The notes beneath the pieces are model-generated. The model made no database searches. It saw only the letters and a list, made by a program, of their open reading frames with translations, and was not told where the DNA came from. Position numbers and translations under genes: made by a program. 39,721 nt of DNA from Gammaproteobacteria bacterium. Lineage in GTDB: Bacteria > Pseudomonadota > Gammaproteobacteria > UBA9339. Shown here piece after piece: positions 27,704-37,600 of this stretch (positions are counted from its first letter, which is position 1; each line of letters opens with the position of its first letter). The DNA lies in contig JAVBML010000043.1 in assembly GCA_031552655.1 (NCBI GenBank), positions 1 through 39,721 on the forward strand. The letters are read 5' to 3'.

Positions 27704-28578
27704 CGAGAAGCGTTGTTAATGGTAGCGGTTCTTGATCCAATGTAGGCCATGGTAGCTGCTAAAATTAAAAAACAAGTACCCTCAAAGATGTTGAAATTAT
27801 CAAAATATATGCCCCGATTATTTAAAGCGGAAACTATGATTCTAACTAAACTAAATGCCAGGGTGCTGCCTATTAAGGCATAGATAGAACATTGCGTTGC
27901 TAGGAAATCCTTTGAGCCATTAACCTTCCTTTCTAAAAGCTTACTTAGAATATAGGAAGATCCAAAGGTGTTGAGGGACCAGATAAATACCAGAAACCAA
28001 AATATTAGCAGTGTTAATTGATAGCACAGGCTAAATAAATCAAGATACTCTTGTAGAATAGGGATGTCTGCCGTTATTTTTTCAATTTCAACGCACCGTT
28101 TTAATTCATCAGTAAGGTCATTTAGCTTGTTTTTTGTTAGATTTTTTATTTTCAATGTAAGAATGATGGTGCTGGTCGGTAGATTTTTTTTACAATTGAT
28201 AGCTAAACCATTAGCCAGTTGGTGTCGATCCAATATTGCTAAAGCGGCTTCTTTTTTAAATAGCGTGGCGTTGGCAATGAGAGTGTTTGTGCTAAGTTTT
28301 TCATGGAATTTACTCAGGGTTTCGGGGCTAAGATTATTTTTAGGGACGAGAAAAATTTTTGCCTGTTCATTCCAGCGATTACCCAGGGATTCGAAGTTTA
28401 CTAGCAGAAGATAAATGCCTAGAATCAGAAATGTTACGATTGTGGAAATAAACATGATAGCTAAAGTAATCCCGGGCAGATTACTCATTTGTTTTAGTAG
28501 TTTAATAATATTACCGCGGGATTTATTTTCTATCATAATTTTCATTGAATATTGTAGCCACAAATTGCCTAGCATCAA
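27700..28578 (-). CDS. ftsX: FtsX-like cell-division permease (divergent)
   Basis: Position directly downstream of ftsY. FtsX topology: TM1 (ITLAIMFISTIVTFLILGIYLLLV), a roughly 120-aa periplasmic loop, then three C-terminal TMs. Loop similarity to E. coli FtsX is weak (KIFLVPKNNLSPE..., KKEAALAIL). The start is uncertain: TTG 28578, or ATG 28575, 28545, 28536 or 28488. Confidence 0.65.
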   Translation of the reverse strand: MMLGNLWLQYSMKIMIENKSRGNIIKLLKQMSNLPGITLAIMFISTIVTFLILGIYLLLVNFESLGNRWNEQAKIFLVPKNNLSPETLSKFHEKLSTNTLIANATLFKKEAALAILDRHQLANGLAINCKKNLPTSTIILTLKIKNLTKNKLNDLTDELKRCVEIEKITADIPILQEYLDLFSLCYQLTLLIFWFLVFIWSLNTFGSSYILSKLLERKVNGSKDFLATQCSIYALIGSTLAFSLVRIIVSALNNRGIYFDNFNIFEGTCFLILAATMAYIGSRTATINNASR

Positions 28579-29479
28579 ATGGTTTTAGATCTTCAATTTT
28601 TTCACCCATTCCCAGAAAGTAAATCGGTAATTTCATACTTTTGGCAATGGCAAAGATCGCTCCTCCCTTGGCGGTACCATCTAGCTTGGTGATAGCGATG
28701 CCCGTAATGCCGATGGCTTCATGAAATTCCCGCGCTTGGTTAATTGCATTTTGACCGATGGTGGCATCTAGCACCAATAATATTTCCTGGGGAGCCTGGG
28801 GATCGATTTTTTGTAAAGTACGTTTAATTTTTTTCAATTCCTGCATTAGCCCATCGTGGGTATGTAATCTGCCAGCGGTGTCCGCCATTACGAGATCAAC
28901 GTCGCGTGCTCTGCCTGCTTGTAAAGCATCGTAGATAACGGCGGCGCTATCGGCCCCCGGTTGCTGAGCAATAACGGGAATATTGGTGCGCTCTCCCCAA
29001 ATTTTCAATTGTTCTATGGCTGCGGCGCGAAAAGTATCTCCCGCAGCTAATAAAATACTGTGCCCCCTTTCTTTCATTAAATGAGCAATTTTACCTAGGG
29101 TGGTAGTTTTTCCTGAACCATTTACGCCCACAAAGAGTATTACCTGGGAGGAGGTGCTTTGCTTTAGACTAAAGGGAATCGCACAGGGCGCTAGAATATT
29201 TTCGAACTCTTCATGGAGTAATTGCATTACTGAGTTACTATCCATGTTTATCTCTTTTCGGGATCGATACTTTAATTTTTCCATGATCTCCTGGGTTAGG
29301 GAAACTCCTAGATCAGAGCGTAGTAATTTTTCTTCCAGTTCGTCGAATAATTTGGGATCAATTTTAGTGCTACGGGAAAGTATTCGGGCGATATCACTAA
29401 ATAGCCCAGCTATGCCACTGTTTCCCTGGGGATAGTTATTGTTTGTTCCGATATTTTTTTTATTAAACCAGTTAAACAT
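28523..29479 (-). CDS. ftsY: Signal recognition particle receptor FtsY (NG domain only, no acidic A domain)
   Basis: G1 GVNGSGKTTT, G3 DTAGR, G4 TKLDGTAKGG and LGMGEKIEDLKPF. 318 aa. Confidence 0.95.
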   Translation of the reverse strand: MFNWFNKKNIGTNNNYPQGNSGIAGLFSDIARILSRSTKIDPKLFDELEEKLLRSDLGVSLTQEIMEKLKYRSRKEINMDSNSVMQLLHEEFENILAPCAIPFSLKQSTSSQVILFVGVNGSGKTTTLGKIAHLMKERGHSILLAAGDTFRAAAIEQLKIWGERTNIPVIAQQPGADSAAVIYDALQAGRARDVDLVMADTAGRLHTHDGLMQELKKIKRTLQKIDPQAPQEILLVLDATIGQNAINQAREFHEAIGITGIAITKLDGTAKGGAIFAIAKSMKLPIYFLGMGEKIEDLKPFDARQFVATIFNENYDRK

Positions 29480-29601
29480 GACATTGATTGACTTATTTAT
29501 GTATTATCTAAAACTACTTAACTTTAGAAGATAGGTCAAATTTTAGTGCCATGAGTCTAGCAAAGTGGTAGTAAACTTTTAGCAGAGTTGGTAAGGTTTC
29601 A

Positions 29602-30870
29602 TCATGTGATTGTTCGAATGTATTTATCCCTAATAAAAAAACTACCTATCAGGGTAGCAATGCAGTAGCAAAGGGGTAAAAGTAAGAGGACGTTTTTATA
29701 GGCATTGGCATCGTAGTAGTGTATGCCAGAATGCATTGACTGTCCCAGGTGAAGGTCTAAAATTTTACCCATCAGAGGTTGCAAAAGAATACCTCCAGCT
29801 ACTACAAATGTGTTGTTTATGCCATTAGCAGCGCCATTTCTACGAAGTCCATGGTTATCCTTTATGAGCACAAAGGCTAAAGTTTGTCCAGCGGATGCAA
29901 AGCCTACACCGAGTGCTAATACGATCAGAGCAATTTCAGGCAATGCTACGAAAAATACCATGGCTAGGGTACTGATATTGCCAATCAGGGCACAAAGTAT
30001 CATAAAAAGGGAACGTTTTCCGGTGTAGTCAGATAGCCAACCTAGGAGAGGACTAGCCAGGGCAATTCCTAGCCACATGGCAGCCATGGTATAGGCTGCA
30101 TGGTATTTAGTTAGGCCGTGTACGACGATGAAAAATTCTACTCCCCACAGAGATAGACCAATTACCGGGGCCCAGATGCAAAAGGAATAGATACCTAGAA
30201 ACCAAGTTTCTCTGTGTCGCAGTATTTCTCTTATGTCCCCCATGGCATTGGTGGTAAGAGGAAATGCCCTTTTTTTGATCTGGGGTGGTTGACTGCGTAT
30301 TAAAAGCACAATCAATAGTGCCAAGATGAATCCTAGATAGGCAAAGCCGCCCATTACCGTGCGCCAATTAAAATGGTTTAATAAGCGCACTAAAATGGTG
30401 GTACCTAAGAGACCTCCGAGGGCTCCCAGCATTTCTGCTAGGCCGACGAAGAGTGCAAAGTGATTTCGGGGGATCCAGTGGGTCACCAAGTGTAGAATAC
30501 TAATGAAAGCGCAGGAAGCGGCACCACCCATGATAAAGCGAGCAATGCTTGCCGTGGTGGCACAGCGAGCATGGGCAAAGAGTAGCACTCCGGCAGCAAA
30601 GCAAGTGCATACTGTGGTGAGGATTATGCGCGTACTGTAGCGATCTAGGAGAAGCCCAGCGGGTAGTTGTAACAGAGCACAGGGCACATAGAAACAGCCA
30701 GAAATTATGCCCAGGTTGGTGGCATTCACCGCTAGGTCTTGCATTAATTCATTTTGCATTACACCCGGTGCCGCTTGTAAAATAAATTCGTAGAGATAGA
30801 AGCCCGCAGCAAGCAGAAAAATGATCACTGCTCTGGATGTAATTTTTTGAGGATAAAAATTGAGGGACAC
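29602..30870 (-). CDS. MFS transporter (substrate unknown)
   Basis: 422 aa with about 12 hydrophobic segments. An MFS loop 2-3-like motif (GLLLDRYSTR) is present. Confidence 0.75.
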   Translation of the reverse strand: MSLNFYPQKITSRAVIIFLLAAGFYLYEFILQAAPGVMQNELMQDLAVNATNLGIISGCFYVPCALLQLPAGLLLDRYSTRIILTTVCTCFAAGVLLFAHARCATTASIARFIMGGAASCAFISILHLVTHWIPRNHFALFVGLAEMLGALGGLLGTTILVRLLNHFNWRTVMGGFAYLGFILALLIVLLIRSQPPQIKKRAFPLTTNAMGDIREILRHRETWFLGIYSFCIWAPVIGLSLWGVEFFIVVHGLTKYHAAYTMAAMWLGIALASPLLGWLSDYTGKRSLFMILCALIGNISTLAMVFFVALPEIALIVLALGVGFASAGQTLAFVLIKDNHGLRRNGAANGINNTFVVAGGILLQPLMGKILDLHLGQSMHSGIHYYDANAYKNVLLLLPLCYCIATLIGSFFIRDKYIRTIT

Positions 30871-30885
30871 TGGATAAATCCTAAG

Positions 30886-32304
30886 TTAGGCCATGATTCT
30901 TTTAACCATTGCGCTTGTGGAAAGCCCTATTTCCAGGGGAATGGTGGTTACGGTACCGCCGTTCGCTATAACGTGCTGTGCACCAGCTATCTCTTCGATT
31001 TTATAATCTCCTCCTTTGGTGAGGATGGAGGGATTAATTAATTTTACCAGACGTTCGGGAGTATCTTCGGAAAAAGAGATTATCCAATCGACGGAGGCTA
31101 GGGCACCTAGGACCAGCATGCGATCTTGGAGTCCGTTGATGGGACGCTTTGCTCCCTTTAATTTTGCTACCGAAGCATCATCGTTGACCGCTACCACTAG
31201 CCTATCTCCCAGAGATTTTGCTTTTTCTAGGTAGCTGGTATGTCCCCGGTGAATGATGTCAAAGCAGCCATTGGTCATTACAATCTTCTCTCCCCGGGCT
31301 ACGGCATCTTCTATTTGTACTAAAAGTGAGCTTTCATCTAAAATTTTGGCAGAGGAATCTTGGCGTTTTCTCAGGGCACCATGCAATTCCGCTGGGGATA
31401 CAGTGGAAGTGCCAACTTTTTTTATAACTATTCCGGCGGCAATGTTTGCCAATGCCATGGCACTATGTGGATTTTCTCCCGCGGCAATGGCTAAACCGAT
31501 GGTGGCAATGACAGTATCTCCAGCTCCGGTGACATCGTAGATCTCCTTTGCTTCCGTTGGGAGGTGTACCGCAGCCTCTCTACTGACTAGGCTCATACCC
31601 TGGGATCCTCGGGTAATAAGTATCATTTGAAAATCATGTAGATCCAATAGTTTTCTCGCTTGATCTACCATGTCTTTTTCGCTGTGACAGTGACCAACGA
31701 TGGCTTCAAACTCTGCAAGATTTGGCGTTATAATTGTGGCACCATTATAAATGGTAAAATCCCTACTTTTGGGATCCACAAGGATGGTTTTATTTAATCT
31801 ATTGGCTTCGGCAATTAGTTGAGCGCTTTGCTGTAAAGTGCCCTTATTATAATCGGAGAGAATTACTAGGTCGCAGGCAGCCAATTTGTTGCCATAGGCG
31901 ATTAAAAAAGCTTCCTTTCCCGCCGCATCAAAGGATTGTTCAAAATCTAAGCGAATCAACTGCTGATTATGTCCCATAATCCTTAGTTTGCTAATGGTAG
32001 GAACGCTGGGAATTTTAAGTAGGCAATTGTCTATGCCATGTTCAGCGAGGATATTGTCGATAGTGGCGGCAAAAATATCTTCTCCAGCGAATCCCAAAAG
32101 AGATACTTTGCCCCCGAGATTTTTTATATTTAGGGCAACATTTCCGGCACCGCCGAGACGGTTCTCAGTGTTTTCAATGCGCACCACGGGTACCGGAGCT
32201 TCCGGCGAAATGCGCGACACATCTCCTTGCCAATAGCGATCTAACATCACATCACCGGCAACCAGGATGTTTACTCTACTGAAATCTGGTATTTTTATGT
32301 TCAT
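30886..32304 (-). CDS. hldE: Bifunctional D-beta-D-heptose-7-phosphate kinase / heptose-1-phosphate adenylyltransferase
   Basis: N-terminal ribokinase-like domain (ILVAGDVMLDRYW...DVTGAGDTV) and a C-terminal cytidylyltransferase domain (TNGCFDIIHRGH). 472 aa. Confidence 0.93.
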   Translation of the reverse strand: MNIKIPDFSRVNILVAGDVMLDRYWQGDVSRISPEAPVPVVRIENTENRLGGAGNVALNIKNLGGKVSLLGFAGEDIFAATIDNILAEHGIDNCLLKIPSVPTISKLRIMGHNQQLIRLDFEQSFDAAGKEAFLIAYGNKLAACDLVILSDYNKGTLQQSAQLIAEANRLNKTILVDPKSRDFTIYNGATIITPNLAEFEAIVGHCHSEKDMVDQARKLLDLHDFQMILITRGSQGMSLVSREAAVHLPTEAKEIYDVTGAGDTVIATIGLAIAAGENPHSAMALANIAAGIVIKKVGTSTVSPAELHGALRKRQDSSAKILDESSLLVQIEDAVARGEKIVMTNGCFDIIHRGHTSYLEKAKSLGDRLVVAVNDDASVAKLKGAKRPINGLQDRMLVLGALASVDWIISFSEDTPERLVKLINPSILTKGGDYKIEEIAGAQHVIANGGTVTTIPLEIGLSTSAMVKRIMA

Positions 32305-32378
32305 AGAAGCTGATTACGCAGCTGGTCTAAATAAGCAGCAGCCATGACTTAATTGTACTTATGGGGCATAATAAAACT

Positions 32379-32747
32379 TTAACCGTCGCTTTTCTTTGGC
32401 TCTAATTTCTCACGAATGCGAGCCTTGCGGCCAGAAAGCTCACGGAGATAGTACAATTTAGCTTTGCGTACATCTCCACGGCGGATTAATTTTATGCTGT
32501 CAATCTGTGGGCTATAGGTTTGAAATACCCTCTCTACGCCTTCGCCATGGGATACTTTGCGCACCGTAAATGAGGAATTAATGCCACGATTTTTTTTTGC
32601 AATGACAATGCCTTCGTAGGCCTGGAGACGTTCACGGTCTCCCTCCCTAATCTTAACTTTTACACTTAGGGTATCCCCGGCGGAAAAAGCCGGAATTTTC
32701 TTAGTGCCAATCTGTTCCCTTTCTATTTGTTCAATTATGTGCTGCAT
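32379..32747 (-). CDS. rplS: 50S ribosomal protein L19
   Basis: Typical L19 sequence ([38 protein letters not shown]...). It is the last gene of the rpsP-rimM-trmD-rplS operon. Confidence 0.97.
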   Translation of the reverse strand: MQHIIEQIEREQIGTKKIPAFSAGDTLSVKVKIREGDRERLQAYEGIVIAKKNRGINSSFTVRKVSHGEGVERVFQTYSPQIDSIKLIRRGDVRKAKLYYLRELSGRKARIREKLEPKKSDG

Positions 32748-32756
32748 GGCTAACCC

Positions 32757-33491
32757 CTAGGATGATTCTTTAATGAACTCATTTAATAACATTATATCCA
32801 TTTCTGTCAACTCGATTTTTTGCATGATATCGTTTCGTCGCAACCAAGTTCTACCCAGAGCTTGTTTCCTTCGCCAGCGTTTTATTTGCTCGTGGTTTCC
32901 TCCCAGAAGAACTTCGGGAACACCTAGGTTGTCTACGGTTTTTGGGCGCGTATAGTGAGGATGGTCGAGCAGTTCCTGGGCAAAGGAATCATTGTTTGCT
33001 GCTTCTCTATCTCCGATAACTCCCGGTAGCTGTCGGCTGATAGCATCAATTAATACCATGGCTGCTAATTCTCCGCCACTTATAACATAGTTACCAATGG
33101 ATATTTCTAAACCTGGTTCCAGCTCCATCAAGCGCTCATCGATACCTTCATAGCGTCCTGCTACTAAAGTTAGAGTATCCTTGGAAGCTAGTTCTTTAAC
33201 TAAGTTGTTATCCAATAATGTACCCTGGGGCGTCATGTGAATCAGTTGATCGATGCCACTAGTTTTCTGGCGCACTGCCGCTATTGTTCGTTGCAGTGGT
33301 TCCGCTTTCATAATCATCCCTGGGCCACCGCCGTAGGAAGCGTCATCTATTTTTCGATGGCTATTATTTGCATAGTTGCGTGGATTCCAGAGTTCCCAGG
33401 TGATTAAATTTTTACCCCTAGCTCTTCCCAGGATACCATATTCTAGGGCGCTGAACATTTCGGGAAATAGAGTAATAATGTGAAATTTCAT
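32757..33491 (-). CDS. trmD: tRNA (guanine37-N1)-methyltransferase
   Basis: MKFHIITLFPEMF start and the SPOUT knot motifs (GRYEGIDERL, SIGNYVISGGELAAMV). Confidence 0.96.
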   Translation of the reverse strand: MKFHIITLFPEMFSALEYGILGRARGKNLITWELWNPRNYANNSHRKIDDASYGGGPGMIMKAEPLQRTIAAVRQKTSGIDQLIHMTPQGTLLDNNLVKELASKDTLTLVAGRYEGIDERLMELEPGLEISIGNYVISGGELAAMVLIDAISRQLPGVIGDREAANNDSFAQELLDHPHYTRPKTVDNLGVPEVLLGGNHEQIKRWRRKQALGRTWLRRNDIMQKIELTEMDIMLLNEFIKESS

Positions 33492-34015
33492 GGTGTTTGA
33501 AAATAATCAGTTTCCCAATCAACGAGGATAGTTTTTTGCTCGCCATCAATCTTTAAAATTACCGATGATATGTAAGGTAGTAGATGTTTATGGTTACCAT
33601 CGGTCAGTACCAAAACATCGTTTGCTCCTGTCGCCATTAGCTTGGCTACGGTACCTAATTTTTCTCCCACGGTGTTAATAACTACTAATCCAATTAATTC
33701 TGACCAATAGTATTCCCCTATATTTAGTTTAGGTAATTTACTACGGAGTATGCCCAATTCATGATTTGTAAATAGGGAAAGGTCTTCTCTTGCAGAGTGG
33801 TTAGCCATTTTTATCATCGTTTCTTTACCATGGTATTTAAATTCCATGATTGGCAGTGGATTCCAGGGACTATGCTTTTCCTTCCTGAAAAAAAATGGGT
33901 TGAGCTCAAACAGATTATTGGGAAGTGGGATGGAGGAAAAAATTCTAATGAAGCCAGCAATGCCAAAGGGCCTGCCAAAGTACCCAATTGCAGTTATCTC
34001 CTGATCTTTAGCCAT
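33488..34015 (-). CDS. rimM: 16S rRNA processing protein RimM
   Basis: 175 aa, located between rpsP and trmD with an ATGA overlap onto trmD. PRC-barrel-like C-terminal part (NDVLVLT...LLPYI...ILKIDGEQKTILVDW). Confidence 0.88.
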   Translation of the reverse strand: MAKDQEITAIGYFGRPFGIAGFIRIFSSIPLPNNLFELNPFFFRKEKHSPWNPLPIMEFKYHGKETMIKMANHSAREDLSLFTNHELGILRSKLPKLNIGEYYWSELIGLVVINTVGEKLGTVAKLMATGANDVLVLTDGNHKHLLPYISSVILKIDGEQKTILVDWETDYFQTP

Positions 34016-34021
34016 GCTAGA

Positions 34022-34375
34022 TTATGTTTCTGACTGCTTTTCCTCGACTTGAGTAGCTGCTCCAGCTTTAGCCTTTTCTCGGCGACGATTTTTAATGGCT
34101 GTATTTTTTGCCCTTCTTTTTTCCACAATCTCTGGATGGTGAATTTCATCTATTAAGCTGGTAACTCTTTCCGATGGTTTAGCACCCATGGCAATCCAGT
34201 GATTTACTCTTTCCATGTTCAGTTCTAAGCGTTTTTCTCCGCCGCGGGCGATGGGATTAAAATAACCTACGTGTTCTAGGTAGCGACAATCGCGAGCGCA
34301 CCGACTATCAGCTGCCACTATTTTATAGAATGGTCTCTTATTGGTTCCACCACGGGATAAACGTATTACTACCAT
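34022..34375 (-). CDS. rpsP: 30S ribosomal protein S16 (with a basic Lys/Arg/Ala-rich C-terminal extension)
   Basis: [29 protein letters not shown] is canonical S16. At 117 aa it is about 35 aa longer than the E. coli protein. Confidence 0.95.
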   Translation of the reverse strand: MVVIRLSRGGTNKRPFYKIVAADSRCARDCRYLEHVGYFNPIARGGEKRLELNMERVNHWIAMGAKPSERVTSLIDEIHHPEIVEKRRAKNTAIKNRRREKAKAGAATQVEEKQSET

Positions 34376-34522
34376 AATCTTTGCCTATACTTCGTAAAAT
34401 TTAATTTGGCAATTGTACGTGAAAAAAAAGTGTTTGCAAAGAGTGACCACTAATTTATTTGAAAACTTTCTAAGTTATAGGGGATATTTCCGGTATTGCG
34501 AAAGGAGGTACCTATTTTATCT

Positions 34523-34545
34523 TTACCCAGCTTTAAGCTGGGTAA
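34523..34545. promoter_or_regulatory. 23-nt palindrome TTACCCAGCTT-T-AAGCTGGGTAA in the rpsP / giant-gene divergent intergenic region
   Basis: Read directly: perfect 11-bp arms. It lies 15 nt downstream of an orphan strong SD-like AAAGGAGGT (34501-34509), and no T-tract follows. Candidate operator or RNA hairpin in the leader of the 34621 gene. Confidence 0.3.
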
Positions 34546-34620
34546 GGCAGGAGAATAGAAAGGTTCCCCTGGGCCAATGAATTTCCAGCGTAATATTTCT
34601 AAATAAATACTTCGAATGAG

Positions 34621-37600
34621 ATGAAAGAATATTCTAAAAATATCCCCCTGGTTTTTGATTTACTATATCATTGGCGCCGCTCCGTAGTGTCGCTAGTGCT
34701 GCTGAATTTTATTCCCTGGATATTATTTTCAGCAATTGCTAGCACCGTGGAAATTACCCCCGCTCCGGGGAGTAAAAAAGAGAGGTTTAACCTTCCCGGA
34801 CTATCCATTGCCAAGGAAAATTATCATAACTCTCTCGGAGTTGTCACTGGGAAAGATGTGGACCATGGAGATATGGTAGGGGGGAGTGCAACGGTCGCCG
34901 GGGATCTATCCCAGCCCTTGCTCGCCAAGGTAAATAAATATCTACCCTACATGGAGCTAGGGGGCCAAAAGCATCTCAATCAACCGTCAAATGTTGCGGG
35001 TGTTTGGGATCTATTTATTCCCCTACTGCAAAAAGAAAATAAGTTATTGTTTACGGATATGCGCATCTTTGATCGCCGCGGTGGTTCCCTGGAGGGGAAT
35101 TTTCACCTGGGCTATCGCAGTATGTTGGGCGAAGAAAAAATGTTTGGCTACTATGGATCCTATGATCTGAGAAGAAGTAACCATGGCGTTAACTATCGGC
35201 AACTGGTGGTGGGAGCTGAATACTGGCAACGGCGTTGGTATTTTGGCGGCAATATCTACCAACCGCTGGGAAGAAAGAGGGCTATGATAGCAAAGGGCCT
35301 TGGCAGTGAACGAAAGGTGGGTGCTATTACTGATAATAAGATTATAGTTAGCCAAACCACGGCAAAAATGGAAAACATTCAAAATTCCATGGCAGGAGAA
35401 TATGGGCAGTACAGATATTTTGAAAATGCTGTGGGAGGGATAGATGGGGAAGTTGGCTATGCTTTTAGCGAAAAACTAACGGGTTATGTGGGAGGTTACT
35501 ATTTTCATGGTGCCATGGTAGGAAGCTTAGGAGGGCCTAGGATCAGGGTTAGCTATGATTACCGTGATTGCGGCAGGAAGAAGTTGCTAGGAATATTAGA
35601 TAGATTGGGTGTGGAATTGGGAGGACAGCATGACCAAAGGCGGGGATTTACGGGTTACGCAGGATTGAAGCTAGGGATAGGCCTAGCTTTAAAAAAAGAT
35701 GCAGATCTTCTTAGCTTTGAGCGTCATATGACGGAGTTGGTTCGCAGAGATCCGGATATTGTATTGGAAGTTAGCCGGGAGGCAGAAAATTTTTTTCCCA
35801 AAGGAAAAATTAGTCGCTACTTTTTCCATGAAACCGCTGGAAATGGAGCTGAACGTGGAGAGGAGGTTTGGAGGAGAAAACTATGGGAGCGGGAATTAGC
35901 AGAATTATTGCGGCAGTTTGGTTTAGCAGCCAATGCCACGGCGGAAGAGGTTAAGAAAAGATACCGTGAATTAGCATTGCGGCATCACCCAGATAAGGGA
36001 GGAAGAAAAAAAGATTTTATTAAATTTGGTCAATGCAGGGATAGGATAGATGAGCTGTTTATCCTCTTAGGTTACCCTGCTAGTAGGACTGTCAGGGTTT
36101 TTGCTAGTGAAAATAATGATACCGCTGGATGGGGTACGGACGGTGTTTTTGACAATGACTTTAATTTTACTGAAAGTGATGCCGTGGATTGCTTTGCCAA
36201 TGGCCATGGAGTCGTCGGTGATTTTGGAAATAGCAAACTAAATCAAGTCATCCAGATTTTAGAACGAAAGATCACTGTGGGGCCAAATGTTAGCAGCGAT
36301 CAGCGGCAACCATTGACAAATTTAGCACATTTACACACCGGAGAGGTTTTAGAAAAGAGTAGCCGCAGTGTAAATGCGGGGGCGAAGACCAATGTAACAA
36401 ATGGTACATACTACGGAGTGAATGTAGCCTTCGCAGAAAATCATCGTGAAAAAAAAGCGGCCACAGCCATAAAAGGGCTAGCCAGAATAGGCAATGGTTT
36501 TTTGCGTACATTTAGGTATGTGGATGCTTGGTTACACGGCATGTGGCGCATCTTTTTTCCCATGGCACTGGTGGATGCTAGAGAATTAAGAAATATTCCA
36601 GGTGAAGTCGATGATGGAATTATAAATCTAACGGGAAGGCAATTTCCAAGGATTGCGGACGCTGCTCTAGATTCATATCTTAGCACTAACCTAACCTTAA
36701 AGGATACCGTAGCTAGGAAAAATTATGGAGAGCCACTTTGTCTAAAACGGGAAGCACGCAAGATAGGTGCAATCATTGGTAATTTTCATCGACTATGCTA
36801 TGTCTCCCATGTTTTAGCTTCATTGCTAGTAAATTTAAACCACTGTGCCTATCAATTGACGAGAAAACAGGTAGATGTTTTAGATGCGGCAATCAATGAT
36901 AATAATTTTAATTTAAATGAACAAAATTTTGCGGTAACTCTATTTGCAAATTACACTTTGAAATTTAATCTAGTGCAATCTTCCTTAGATTTTTTACTGT
37001 TCTGGGCAAAAAATAATCCAAACGTAGCAGATATTTTCAGGGTAATTATCCGCGGTGCTAGCCGAGATAGCAAAGCGTTTCTCGGCATCGTGAATTCTCT
37101 GGTAACCCTCTTGCCTCGGACACAATATCCCATGGAATTGACAATGCTATTGACTCAAATTCATGGATTTCACAATTACTGCGTTACTTGGCAAGCTCTG
37201 CCATATTTTGAAATATTATTGAAGAACACGGCAGTTACTGGCAGCACTCGGCGGGAACTTTTAACATTGCTTGGTAATTCATTGGAGAAAATATTGCTGT
37301 CCGGTGATACCGAAATTTGCCTTGATCGATTAGCGAAAAGTGTAACTATTTTTAGTCAGCACCTGGATGATTTACCAAAGAATTTAATTGCAGCCATTTT
37401 TCAAATATATGGTGTGCAGTGGAGATATTTCACGGAGATAGTTATTGATATTTTACTGAGCGACAATGGCATTTCTCCCGCGATTTTGCGTTTGCTTATT
37501 GATGCTAGGAAACCATTGATAGGTGTGCAGAATCCCAGGGCGGCGCTTTTTATAGCACGGTGCTTAGTAAAAAATGACCTTAGGTTGCCAACCGTAACCC

